NCBI GenBank assembly: GCA_965223375.1
Contig: OZ245000.1
Coordinates: 2,267,092 to 2,331,091, forward strand
Source of the DNA: Candidatus Rariloculaceae bacterium
GTDB lineage: Bacteria; Pseudomonadota; Gammaproteobacteria; Steroidobacterales; Rariloculaceae
Direction: 5' to 3'
Length of the DNA stretch: 64,000 nucleotides
Shown here: piece after piece, positions 46,725 through 55,874 of the stretch
Position numbering within the stretch: position 1 is the stretch's first letter
How the letters are laid out: each line of letters starts with the position of its first letter
Notes under the pieces: generated by a model
Told to the model about the DNA's origin: nothing
What the model saw: the letters and a program-made list of their open reading frames with translations, nothing else
The model's database searches: none
Made by a program: the position numbers and the translations under genes

Positions 46725-47537
46725 ATGCCGGAGCTGCCCGAGGTCGAAACGACGAGGCGCGGACTGATGCCGCACGTACGCGATCGCGTGATCGACGACA
46801 TCGTCATCCGTGACGCCCGTCTGCGCTGGCCTGTCGACCGCGCTCTGCCGAAACTGCTTCGCGGCAAACGCATCGGTGACATTCGCCGTCGGGGCAAGTA
46901 CCTGCTGATCGACGTCGCCGACGGCTCACTGCTCGTTCACCTCGGAATGTCCGGCAGCCTGCGTGTGGTCGCGCCGACGGATCCGCCGGCGCGGCACGAT
47001 CACATCGATCTGTTGCTGGACAGCCGCGCCATCGTCCGCTTCAACGACCCGCGCCGTTTCGGCAGCTTCCATTTCGCGCGCAATCCCGAAACGCATCCGC
47101 TGCTGGCAAGGCTCGGCCCCGAACCACTCGACGCCGGGTTCGATGGCGCCCACCTCACCGCAGCCGCACGCGGCCGCCGGGTGGCGATCAAGAATCTGAT
47201 CATGAATGCGCAGGTTGTCGTCGGTGTCGGCAACATCTACGCGAACGAAGCCCTGTTCCTGGCCGGGATCCACCCGCAGCGCGCCGCCGGCCGAATTTCC
47301 TCAGCGCGGCTCGATCGGCTCACCGGATGTGTGCGTGACGTGCTGAACGCGGCGATTGCCTCGGGCGGCACGACGTTGCGCGATTTCGTCGGCAGCGACG
47401 GTCGCCCGGGTTACTTTCGCCAGTCGCTGGCCGTCTACGAACGGGCCGGCGCACCTTGCCGGCGTTGCGGAGCGTCGATTCGACGCCGGGTGATCGGCCA
47501 GCGCGCGAGCTATTACTGCCCGCAGTGCCAGCGCTGA
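46725..47537 (+). CDS. mutM: Formamidopyrimidine-DNA glycosylase
   Basis: Begins MPELPEVETTRRGL. C-terminal zinc finger CRRCG...YYCPQCQ. Confidence 0.96.
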   Translation: MPELPEVETTRRGLMPHVRDRVIDDIVIRDARLRWPVDRALPKLLRGKRIGDIRRRGKYLLIDVADGSLLVHLGMSGSLRVVAPTDPPARHDHIDLLLDSRAIVRFNDPRRFGSFHFARNPETHPLLARLGPEPLDAGFDGAHLTAAARGRRVAIKNLIMNAQVVVGVGNIYANEALFLAGIHPQRAAGRISSARLDRLTGCVRDVLNAAIASGGTTLRDFVGSDGRPGYFRQSLAVYERAGAPCRRCGASIRRRVIGQRASYYCPQCQR

Positions 47538-47662
47538 CATCTCAGCGGCCGGGACAACCGCAGAAGCACCACTACCCGACACTGCAGGGAGGCCAGTACC
47601 TGAGCATTTCGAGTCGGTTTTCAGCGCTGCGGCGCGCCGCCTCGGGCTCGTGCAGAGCTTCA

Positions 47663-49474
47663 CTAGTCGCCGAGCGCAACACCCTCGCGACGAGGATCGA
47701 CACCGCCAAAGAGCGTCGGCGCGCCGGTCTCGGGGTCGTAGTCGATCACGATGCCGTGCAGGCCGCTGTTCAGATTCCGGGCACGAGTCCGATGGCCGAG
47801 CGCCTCGAGCGCTTCGGCCATGTCAACCAGTTCCGTCCCTTCCTCGAGCTCGATCGCGCCGCCCTGCGAGACGAAGTGCGGCGACTCGACGGCCTCCTGG
47901 ACGTTCATCCCCAGATCGATGACCGACAGGACCGCCTGCGCGACGTAGTTGATGATTCTCGTGCCTCCCGGCGAGCCCATCAGCAGGTACGGACGGCTAC
48001 GGTCGTCGAGCACGATCGTCGGTGACATGCTGCTGAGCGGCCGCTTGCCGCCCGCGGCGCGGTTCGCAACCGGCCGCCCGTCGATCGTCGGCTCGTCGGA
48101 GAAGTCGGTCAGCTGATTGTTCAGAATGAATCCGCCGACCATCAGCTGGCTGCCAAACGCTCCCTGCACGCTGGTCGTCATCGAGACGGCGCCGCCGAAC
48201 CGGTCGACGATCGAGAAATGGCTCGTCGACTTCAGTTCGCTCCGCCGGCTCGAGGCGAAATCGAAAGCCAAAGTGGACGGCGGCTCACCGTGGGAGACGG
48301 TCGGCATCGCCCGTTCCGGCGTGATCAGCGATGACCGCTCGCGCAGATAGTCGGCATTCATCAGGCCTTCTGCCGGCACGTCCACGAACTCGGGATCCGC
48401 CAGGTAGAAGTTGCGGTCCGCGAATGCGAGTCGGCCCGCTTCGGCAACGAGATGCACAAACCGGGCCGGCGCATTCCGTGCCGCAGCCAGATCGAAAGGT
48501 TCGACGATGGCCAGAATCTGCTGCACGGCGATGCCGCCGGACGAGGGCAGCCGCGGACCGCAAACGCGATATTCCCGGTATGGCGAACAGAGCGCCGCGG
48601 CCTTCTCCGGGCGGTACGCGGCAAGATCCTCGAGCGTCATGCTGCCGCGGCTGACCGGGTTGTCGTTCACGCGCGCGACGATCTCCGGTGCCAGTGCGCC
48701 GGTGTAAATCGCATCCGCTCCGTCGCTCGCCAGCAAGCGCAGCGTTTGCGCATAGTCCGGATTCTTCAGCAGGTGGCCGGTTGGCCAGGCTGCGCCGTCG
48801 GCATCGTAGTAGTGCGCAATGAACTCGGGCGCCTGGGCGATTCCGGCAAACCGATCGAGCAGAAAGTACAGTCGCGGCGATACCTCGAAGCCGGCTTCGG
48901 CAAGCTCGATGGCGGGCTCGAACAGCTCCGACCACTCGAGCCGGCCATGGTCGCGATGCGCGAGCTCGAGCATCCGCATGACACCGGGGACGCCGACCGG
49001 AACGCCCCCGAAGCCGACATCGCGGTACGGCGCGGGCCGGCCCTGCCCGTCGAGAAACATGTCAGGACCCGCGCCTGCAGGAGCCGTTTCGCGGCCGGCG
49101 TAGACGGTCACGTCGTCGGCATCGTCCTCGCGGTCGGCGCCGGCGGTCGGATCGAAATAAAGCAGAAACGCACCGCCACCGATGCCGGAGGACTGCGGCT
49201 CCACCATCGACAGGATGAGCTGCACGGCAATCGCGGCATCGACGGCGCTGCCGCCGGCGCGCAGCATCCGGATACCCGCCTCGCTCGCGTGCGGATTCGC
49301 GGCAACGACCATCTGTTCCCTGGCCGAGACCGGCTCCGCAGCGGCTGCATCGCCGACCGGCACCGTACCCACGAGCAAGGCGAGCGCAGCTGCTCGCGTG
49401 AGCAGGGTCGGGCAGACCTGCGCTCGCCGCATGCCCGCCGGCCCTCGTCGGGCCGCCAGCGGCAGCGCTTTCAT
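47663..49474 (-). CDS. ggt: Gamma-glutamyltransferase
   Basis: Signal peptide. The autoprocessing and active-site region is TSHFSIVDRFGGAVSMTTS, followed by GSPGG. Confidence 0.92.
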   Translation of the reverse strand: MKALPLAARRGPAGMRRAQVCPTLLTRAAALALLVGTVPVGDAAAAEPVSAREQMVVAANPHASEAGIRMLRAGGSAVDAAIAVQLILSMVEPQSSGIGGGAFLLYFDPTAGADREDDADDVTVYAGRETAPAGAGPDMFLDGQGRPAPYRDVGFGGVPVGVPGVMRMLELAHRDHGRLEWSELFEPAIELAEAGFEVSPRLYFLLDRFAGIAQAPEFIAHYYDADGAAWPTGHLLKNPDYAQTLRLLASDGADAIYTGALAPEIVARVNDNPVSRGSMTLEDLAAYRPEKAAALCSPYREYRVCGPRLPSSGGIAVQQILAIVEPFDLAAARNAPARFVHLVAEAGRLAFADRNFYLADPEFVDVPAEGLMNADYLRERSSLITPERAMPTVSHGEPPSTLAFDFASSRRSELKSTSHFSIVDRFGGAVSMTTSVQGAFGSQLMVGGFILNNQLTDFSDEPTIDGRPVANRAAGGKRPLSSMSPTIVLDDRSRPYLLMGSPGGTRIINYVAQAVLSVIDLGMNVQEAVESPHFVSQGGAIELEEGTELVDMAEALEALGHRTRARNLNSGLHGIVIDYDPETGAPTLFGGVDPRREGVALGD

Positions 49475-49514
49475 TGTCGCCCCCCCATCGTCAGAGCAGT
49501 CATCGCCCGGGCGG

Positions 49515-50018
49515 TCATCGTTGTGCCCGCCGTCGTGGCTCGTCGCCGAGCACCGCGCTCAGGCGCTCGGCCACGGCCGGATGAACGAAATCGGTGACGT
49601 TGCCGCCGAGCGCGGCGATCTCCCGCACGAGCGTCGCCGAAATAAACGACAACGCGGGAGAGGCGGGCAGCAATACCGTCTCGACAGCGGGCTCGAGACG
49701 CGCGTTCATCGCGGCCAGCTGCGACTCGAAGGCGAAGTCGCCGCCGGTCCGCACGCCCCGGACCACCGCGCCGAGGCCGAGCTCGCGGGCGAACTGAACG
49801 GTCAGGCCGCCGTAGCCGACGATTTCCACCGGGTGGCCATCGAGCGCCGTGCGGGCCAGATCGATCCGGTCGTCCAGCGAGAACAGTGGCTTCTTGTCCG
49901 GGCTGCGCGCGACGGCGACGACGACCCGCCCGAACAGATCCGCCGCGCGCCGGATCAGATCCTCGTGACCGCGCGTGATCGGGTCGAACGTTCCTGGATA
50001 GAGGGCGCCTGCGCTCAA
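49515..50018 (-). CDS. coaD: Phosphopantetheine adenylyltransferase
   Basis: Contains YPGTFDPITRGHEDLI. TTG start. Confidence 0.93.
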   Translation of the reverse strand: MSAGALYPGTFDPITRGHEDLIRRAADLFGRVVVAVARSPDKKPLFSLDDRIDLARTALDGHPVEIVGYGGLTVQFARELGLGAVVRGVRTGGDFAFESQLAAMNARLEPAVETVLLPASPALSFISATLVREIAALGGNVTDFVHPAVAERLSAVLGDEPRRRAQR

Positions 50019-50087
50019 GGAGCTACCGCATTGCTGCCTGACCTGCCGGCATTGTAGCCGGCGGTGCCTGCCGGAACACGCGGCCCG

Positions 50088-50699
50088 TCACCTGGCGGTC
50101 GCGAGCCCGAACTCGACCGTCCCGGCACGGCTGCGACGATGCCAGTGCAGGCCACTGACGGCCGGCAGGCCCTCCCGCGCCGGGCGCTCCGTATAGATGA
50201 AGCCGCCATCTGCGAGCAGGGCCCGGGCCAGGGCGAGCAGTGGCTCGATCGCGTCCCGGTACGGCGGATCGAGGAGAATCAGGTCGAAGCCGCGCACCGC
50301 CCCGTCAGCAAGCCCGGCGTTGCCCGCGGCGTCCGGGGCGCACTGCAGCTCGGGCGCGCGATCCGGTTGCAGCCGCAGCATTGCATCGCCACGAATTATG
50401 GTCGCGTTCGTTGCACCGAGCAGCGAACGCGTCTCATCGAGCGCCGCTGCCAGCTTCGGCTCGTTCTCGATCATCACGACCCAAGCCGCACCGCGCGACA
50501 ATGCCTCGAACCCGAATACGCCGGTGCCGGCGAATGCATCGAGACAGTGGCTGCCGACGATGCCGTTGCCGAGCCAGTTGAAAACGGTTTCACGGACGCG
50601 GTCCGGCGTCGGCCGCACGCCACTGCCGGCAGGAAAGCGGATCCGGCGACCGCGCCAGACGCCGCCGATAATCCTGACGCTGCCCCGCGGTGTGGCCAT
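50088..50699 (-). CDS. rsmD: 16S rRNA (guanine966-N2)-methyltransferase
   Basis: The ATG at 50699 begins MATPRGSVRIIGGVWRGRRI. Contains RPTPDRVRETVFNWL and DPPY. The upstream part of the 417-aa ORF is antisense to ftsY. Confidence 0.9.
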   Translation of the reverse strand: MATPRGSVRIIGGVWRGRRIRFPAGSGVRPTPDRVRETVFNWLGNGIVGSHCLDAFAGTGVFGFEALSRGAAWVVMIENEPKLAAALDETRSLLGATNATIIRGDAMLRLQPDRAPELQCAPDAAGNAGLADGAVRGFDLILLDPPYRDAIEPLLALARALLADGGFIYTERPAREGLPAVSGLHWHRRSRAGTVEFGLATAR

Positions 50700-50814
50700 C
50701 CCGTTCCTGCATCGGTCAATTGAGCGCCATGGTAGCGCGCGTATAATTTCGCCGGCCGGCTGCCGCGCGCAGATCGGGACCGCCACAACATCATGCCCGT
50801 AATCCGGTGCCCTC

Positions 50815-51759
50815 GTGTCCGACGCCTCAACGACAGCCGACGGCGGCTTCTTCAGCAAGCTGCGGCAACGCCTGAATCGGGGCAAGTCCTGGCTGTCGAG
50901 CGACGTGTTCCGCGTGACCGGGGCGCGACTCGACGATGACACGCGAGAGGAAATCGAAACTGAGTTGCTGCTCGCTGACGTCGGCATCGACACGACGACA
51001 TGGCTGCTCGATCGAATCGACCGCGATCGCAGCCGTGAGGAATCCGTACGCGATGCGCTGACACGGGCACTGAGGGAGCTTCTCGACCCGCTCGAGCAGC
51101 CGCTGGAAATCTCCGACCGGCATCGGCCGTTCGTGATACTGACGGTCGGCGTCAACGGCACCGGCAAAACGACGACGATCGGCAAGCTCGCGGCGCGCCT
51201 TCGTCGAGAGGGTCGCTCGGTCGTTCTGGCCGCAGGCGACACGTTTCGGGCGGCGGCCGTGGAGCAGCTCCGGGAGTGGGGCGTGCGCGCGGACTGTCCG
51301 GTGGTCGCCCAGGCGGAAGGGGCAGACCCCGCCGCCGTCATTCACGATGCGCTCGAGTCGGCGCGAGCCCGGGACGCGGACCTTCTGATCGCCGACACGG
51401 CCGGGCGATTGCACACGGCCGCCGGCCTGATGGACGAGCTCGGCAAGATCGGTCGCGTCGTCCGGCGCTTCGACGAGTCTGCCCCGCACGAAGTGCTGCT
51501 CGTGCTGGACGCCACGCAGGGACAGAACGCGCTCATCCAGGCACGGCAGTTTCACGAGCGCCTCGGCGTCACCGGACTGGTCATTACGAAGCTCGACGGC
51601 ACAGCCAAAGGCGGCATCGTCCTCGCGATAGGCCGGGAGCTCGGCATCCCGATCCGTTACATCGCCATTGGCGAGTCAAGCGCTGATTTCGCGCCGTTCA
51701 CCGCGGCCCAGTTTGCCGCAGCGCTGCTCGGCGAAGGCTCGCACGGAAACGCGGGATGA
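50815..51759 (+). CDS. ftsY: Signal recognition particle receptor FtsY (short N-terminus)
   Basis: Contains GVNGTGKTTTIGKLA, DTAGRL and TKLDGTAKGG. GTG start. Confidence 0.93.
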   Translation: MSDASTTADGGFFSKLRQRLNRGKSWLSSDVFRVTGARLDDDTREEIETELLLADVGIDTTTWLLDRIDRDRSREESVRDALTRALRELLDPLEQPLEISDRHRPFVILTVGVNGTGKTTTIGKLAARLRREGRSVVLAAGDTFRAAAVEQLREWGVRADCPVVAQAEGADPAAVIHDALESARARDADLLIADTAGRLHTAAGLMDELGKIGRVVRRFDESAPHEVLLVLDATQGQNALIQARQFHERLGVTGLVITKLDGTAKGGIVLAIGRELGIPIRYIAIGESSADFAPFTAAQFAAALLGEGSHGNAG

Positions 51760-52427
51760 TCCGTTTCGAGAACGTCCAGAAGCGTTATCCGAACAGCCGC
51801 GAAGCACTGAGCGGCGTGAGCTTCGCCCTCGAACCGGGGGAGATGGCATTCCTCACCGGTCCGTCCGGCGCTGGCAAGAGCACGCTGCTGAAGCTGATAG
51901 CGCTTATCGAGCGCCCGACGCGCGGAACGGTTCTGGTCAACGGGCTGAACACGGCGCGCGTTTCGCGGCGGCGGATCCCGCGTTTCCGGCAGCGAATCGG
52001 CGTCGTGTTTCAGGATCACAAGCTGCTGCATGACCGCACGGTCTTCGACAACGTTGCGTTGCCGTTAGTCATCGCGGGGCTGACGCCGCGCGATGTCGGC
52101 CGCCGGGCCCGCGCAGCGCTCGATCAGGTAGGGCTGCTCGACCGCGAGCGCCACGCGCCGATAACGTTGTCGACCGGCGAGCAGCAGCGTGTCGGGATTG
52201 CCCGCGCCGTCGCGAGCCGGCCGGAGGTGGTTATCGCGGACGAGCCCACCGGCAACCTCGACCCGGCGCTGTCGCTCGACATCATGCGGCTGTTCGAGCG
52301 CTTCAACGACGTCGGCGTGACGCTGCTGATCGCGACTCACGATCACGAGCTGATCGAGCGGCTGCCACACCGCCGGCTGCAGCTGATCGGCGGGCGCCTC
52401 GCGCCCCACGGGACGGCAGATGCTTAG
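51756..52427 (+). CDS. ftsE: Cell-division ABC transporter ATP-binding protein FtsE
   Basis: Contains GPSGAGKST and LSTGEQQRV. ATGA overlap with ftsY. Confidence 0.94.
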   Translation: MIRFENVQKRYPNSREALSGVSFALEPGEMAFLTGPSGAGKSTLLKLIALIERPTRGTVLVNGLNTARVSRRRIPRFRQRIGVVFQDHKLLHDRTVFDNVALPLVIAGLTPRDVGRRARAALDQVGLLDRERHAPITLSTGEQQRVGIARAVASRPEVVIADEPTGNLDPALSLDIMRLFERFNDVGVTLLIATHDHELIERLPHRRLQLIGGRLAPHGTADA

Positions 52428-53331
52428 GCGCTACCTCCGATTACATGTGGCGAATCTGCTGGGAGCGGCAGGCCGCCTGACGAGCCAGCCGGTCGCAAGT
52501 ACGCTGACTGTGCTGGTCATCGCAATCGCTATAGCACTGCCGGCCGGCTTGCGGGTTTTCGTCGCCAACGTCGGCACGCTGACCAGCAACTGGCAAAGCG
52601 CGGCCGACATCACGGTCTACCTCGAGCCCGGAACCGGTGACGACGAGGCCCAGGCATTGGCCGACAGGCTCGGCAGCCGCCCGGATGTCGCGGCCGTCCG
52701 GCTGATCGCGGCCGCCGCGGCGCTCGAAGAGTTCCGTCAGCGGTCCGGCTTCGGCGAGGCGCTCGACGCGCTCTCGGACAATCCGCTTCCGCACACGATC
52801 GTTGTCAGCCCGGCCGACGGCGCCGCCGCCGACGTTGGCGAGATGCGCGATTCGCTGGCCGGCGAGCCGGGCGTCGAGCTGGTTCAGATCGACACGGAGT
52901 GGGTTGCCCGGCTCCGCGCGATGCTGAGCCTCATCGGTCGGATCAGCAATATCGCGACCGGCCTGCTGGCCGCGGCCGTCGTCCTCGTCATCGGCAACAC
53001 GATTCGCCTCGAGATCAACAACCGCCGCGTCGAGATCGAGGTCATGAAGCTGGTCGGCGGCACCGACGGCTTCATCCGGCGGCCGTTTCTGTACCTCGGG
53101 CTCTGGTACGGCGCCCTCGGGGCCCTGGTCGCCTGGCTGCTCGTCGCGATCGCGCTGCTGCTGTTGGCAGGCCCGGTCGGCGAGCTGGCCCGTCTGTACG
53201 CGAGCGACTTCGCGCTTCGCGGGCTGCCGTTGCGGGACTCGCTGCTGCTCGTGGCCGGTGGCGCGGCGCTCGGCTGGGCCGGTGCCTGGGTCGCGGCCGC
53301 GCGGCACCTGCGGACGATCGAGCCCGTCTGA
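52420..53331 (+). CDS. ftsX: Cell-division ABC transporter permease FtsX
   Basis: Its position after ftsE with an 8-nt overlap. Four-TM FtsX topology with a periplasmic domain after TM1. Confidence 0.9.
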   Translation: MLRRYLRLHVANLLGAAGRLTSQPVASTLTVLVIAIAIALPAGLRVFVANVGTLTSNWQSAADITVYLEPGTGDDEAQALADRLGSRPDVAAVRLIAAAAALEEFRQRSGFGEALDALSDNPLPHTIVVSPADGAAADVGEMRDSLAGEPGVELVQIDTEWVARLRAMLSLIGRISNIATGLLAAAVVLVIGNTIRLEINNRRVEIEVMKLVGGTDGFIRRPFLYLGLWYGALGALVAWLLVAIALLLLAGPVGELARLYASDFALRGLPLRDSLLLVAGGAALGWAGAWVAAARHLRTIEPV

Positions 53332-53521
53332 CCCGGCCGACGGCCGTTTCCTCGTGCTCCCGGGTGTTCCGGGCATTCGGGCCGTTCTGGCTGTTGCAGA
53401 CGTTCGGACGCTCCGGGAATTCGCTGCGACCCGGACGTCCGGTCCGGGCGGTTCGGGGTCTGGCGCTCCGGGCGCGCCGCCATATTCGGCGCTCTCGGGG
53501 GCGATTCCGGCAAGCTGCGCG

Positions 53522-53549
53522 GAACCGAAAGGGGCTCTTAGCACTCTAA
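53522..53549 (+). promoter_or_regulatory. Putative sigmaE-type promoter upstream of rpoH (GAACCG-N17-TCTAA)
   Basis: Resembles the E. coli rpoH P3 arrangement, GAACTT-N16-TCTGA. It lies 46-73 nt upstream of the ATG. Confidence 0.35.
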
Positions 53550-53564
53550 GGCTTAGAGTGCTAA
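53538..53564. promoter_or_regulatory. 27-bp perfect palindrome TTAGCACTCTAAG-G-CTTAGAGTGCTAA
   Basis: Base-by-base reverse complementarity was verified. It is AT-rich relative to its surroundings and lies 31 nt upstream of the rpoH start codon. Confidence 0.6.
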
Positions 53565-53594
53565 TATCCGCTCATCACGGAGGATTGCCCAACG

Positions 53595-54452
53595 ATGACT
53601 ACCGCGCTGGCGCTTCGCAAAGCCGAAATGCTGCTCTCGAGCCCCGTCGGCAGCCTGGACAACTACATTCAGGCCGTCGGCGCGATACCCGTGCTCAGCG
53701 CCGAGGACGAACGCGACCTCGCCACCCGCCTCAGGGACGACAACGACCTCGATGCCGCACGGACGCTGGTCCTTGCGCATCTCCGTTTCGTCGTGCACGT
53801 TGCCCGCGGCTACGGCGGTTACGGACTGCCTCTCGGCGACCTGATCCAGGAAGGCAACGTCGGCCTGATGAAGGCCGTCCGCCGCTTCGATCCGACCGTC
53901 GGCGTCCGACTGGTGTCGTTCGCCGTGCACTGGATCCGCGCGGAAATTCACGAGTACATCCTGAAGAACTGGCGCCTGGTCAAGGTCGCAACGACGAAGG
54001 CGCAGCGCAAGCTCTTTTTCAATCTCCGCAAGGCGAAGACGAATCTCGGCTGGCTGTCTCGCGAGGAAGCCGAGGCAGTCGCCGCCGACCTCGGTGTGCC
54101 GGTCCGCGAAGTGACCGAAATGGAGCGTCGCCTGAGTGGCTACGACGTGTCGTTCGACCCGGGCCCAAGCGACGAAGAAAGCTACTCACCGAGCGCCTAC
54201 CTGCCGAGCCCAGATGCGGATCCGGCCGTCGCCGTCGAAGAGACCGACTGGGAGGAGAATACGCACGACAGGCTCACCGAGGCGCTCGCCGCACTCGACG
54301 AGCGCAGCCGGCAGATTCTGCAGCGGCGCTGGCTCACCGAAGACAAGGCAACACTGCACACGCTCGCCGACGAGTTCGGTGTATCGGCCGAGCGCATTCG
54401 GCAGATAGAGGCTGCAGCCTTGAAGAAGCTGCGCAAGTCGATGGCCGCCTGA
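53595..54452 (+). CDS. rpoH: RNA polymerase sigma-32 (heat-shock sigma factor)
   Basis: Carries the RpoH box QRKLFFNLRK plus sigma70 region 2 (DLIQEGNVGLMKAVRRFDP) and region 4 motifs. Confidence 0.96.
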   Translation: MTTALALRKAEMLLSSPVGSLDNYIQAVGAIPVLSAEDERDLATRLRDDNDLDAARTLVLAHLRFVVHVARGYGGYGLPLGDLIQEGNVGLMKAVRRFDPTVGVRLVSFAVHWIRAEIHEYILKNWRLVKVATTKAQRKLFFNLRKAKTNLGWLSREEAEAVAADLGVPVREVTEMERRLSGYDVSFDPGPSDEESYSPSAYLPSPDADPAVAVEETDWEENTHDRLTEALAALDERSRQILQRRWLTEDKATLHTLADEFGVSAERIRQIEAAALKKLRKSMAA

Positions 54453-54521
54453 CACGGCGGCGTCCGCAACAGTCAGCGGCGCCAGCCGTCGAAAGGTAAG
54501 GCGACCGGCGATGCGCCAGAC

Positions 54522-54567
54522 AAAAAAAAGGGCCTGACGGTGGACGCCGTCAGGCCCTTTTGGTTTT
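54522..54567. terminator. Bidirectional intrinsic terminator between rpoH and the convergent OmpA-family gene
   Basis: An A8 tract, an 11-bp perfect stem gggcctgacgg/ccgtcaggccc with a 6-nt loop, then TTTTGGTTTT. Confidence 0.85.
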
Positions 54568-54571
54568 GACT

Positions 54572-54596
54572 CGGCCGTTGTAGGACGGCCGTTTTT
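54572..54596 (+). terminator. Second, tandem intrinsic terminator hairpin
   Basis: 7-bp stem cggccgt/acggccg, 6-nt loop, followed by TTTTT. Confidence 0.55.
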
Positions 54597-54598
54597 CG

Positions 54599-55276
54599 TC
54601 AGCTCAGCGTCAGCGGCACGAGTGTCAGCTCGACGCGGCGATTCGCCTGCCGGCCTGAATCGGTGCCGTTGTCGGCAATCGGGCGCGACTCGCCCATCCC
54701 GACTTCGATGATGCGATCGTAGACCACTTCCCGCGTGACCAGATAATTCGCCACCGAGCTCGCCCGACGCCGGGACAGATCCATGTTGTACTGATCGCTG
54801 CCGGTGCTGTCCGTGTGTCCGGCAACCTCGACGACCGTCTGCTCGAACTCATCGAGCACGACCGCGACGGAGTTGAGGACGTCGTAGAATCCCGCGTTCA
54901 GATCGGAGCTGTTCGTGGCGAACGTGATGTTGCCGGGCATGTTCAGCGTGATGTTGTCGCCAACTCGGGTCACGCTGACGCCGGTACGATCCAGCTCCGC
55001 CCGCAACCGCGCTTCCTGGCGATCCATGTAGCCGCCGACGGCACCACCGGCGAGCGCGCCGATGCCCGCACCGACGATCGCGCGCTTCTTGCGCTCCATC
55101 GAGCTGTCGCCCGTGACGAGGCCGGCCACGGCACCTGCCGCGGCGCCGAGCAGCGCGTTACGCTGGGCGCGAGACGTCTGCTCTTCCCGCGTGTACGGGT
55201 CGATCGTCGTGCAGGCCGACAGCACCAGAACACCAGACAGCGCTGCAGCCAGCGTACGAGTGCTTGCGAATCTCAT
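54599..55276 (-). CDS. OmpA-family lipoprotein with glycine-zipper segments
   Basis: The ATG at 55276 begins MRFASTRTLAAALSGVLVLSAC, which contains a lipobox. Gly-zipper runs are present. The C-terminal OmpA-like domain contains GHTDSTGSDQYNMDLSRRRA. Confidence 0.88.
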   Translation of the reverse strand: MRFASTRTLAAALSGVLVLSACTTIDPYTREEQTSRAQRNALLGAAAGAVAGLVTGDSSMERKKRAIVGAGIGALAGGAVGGYMDRQEARLRAELDRTGVSVTRVGDNITLNMPGNITFATNSSDLNAGFYDVLNSVAVVLDEFEQTVVEVAGHTDSTGSDQYNMDLSRRRASSVANYLVTREVVYDRIIEVGMGESRPIADNGTDSGRQANRRVELTLVPLTLS

Positions 55277-55382
55277 AACCTTCCTCCCGGCGCAGGCATC
55301 GCGCCACATGTCTTGCCGGCAGTATCATGCCAGCGCAAATCTGAACGAAGTGTGACTCAGTACCGGTTTAGCGATTCGAGGC

Positions 55383-55871
55383 ATGACGGAAGACCAGTCT
55401 TCGCTGACGGATGCCGACACCTGGCTCGACCACTACGGCCGGCTGCGCATTCCCGGCCCCGGGCATCCGAGCGAATGGCTCGGCACGCCGCTTGCCGTGG
55501 CCGGCCTGGTCGCCTGGTTGTGGTCCTTGCCGGTGCCGGATGCTTTCCAGAATATCGGCTACGTGCTGAACTGGGGCACGGTGTTTCTGATGGCAACGGT
55601 CGTTTATTACTTCATCCTTTCGATCAGCCTGGCATTCGGCGCATTGCCGCTGATCACCGCGATCGTGCTGGCCTGCACCTGGCTCGATCGATCCGGCCTG
55701 CCGATCGGGACGCTGGGTATTGGCGTGTTCGTCATAGCTCTGGCCTGGCAGATTGCCGCATCCAGCGAGCGCGCGGAGCGACTCGCCGTATTCGAGCGGC
55801 TTCAGCATCTGATGATCGGCCCGTTGTGGCTGCTCGCGGCGGTCTATCGCCGCGCAAACATCCCCTACTGA
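55383..55871 (+). CDS. Small integral membrane protein (tentatively DUF962/Mpo1-like)
   Basis: 162 aa with about 4 TM helices. The N-terminus LDHYGRLRIPGPGHPSEWLGTPL only loosely resembles DUF962. Its stop is 3 nt before the response-regulator ATG. Confidence 0.6.
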   Translation: MTEDQSSLTDADTWLDHYGRLRIPGPGHPSEWLGTPLAVAGLVAWLWSLPVPDAFQNIGYVLNWGTVFLMATVVYYFILSISLAFGALPLITAIVLACTWLDRSGLPIGTLGIGVFVIALAWQIAASSERAERLAVFERLQHLMIGPLWLLAAVYRRANIPY

Positions 55872-55874
55872 GCG

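Noticed and set aside
50700-51341. The N-terminal extension of the 417-aa ORF containing rsmD
   Set aside because: The extension is Ser/Arg-rich and antisense to ftsY. RsmD homology begins at the ATG at 50699.
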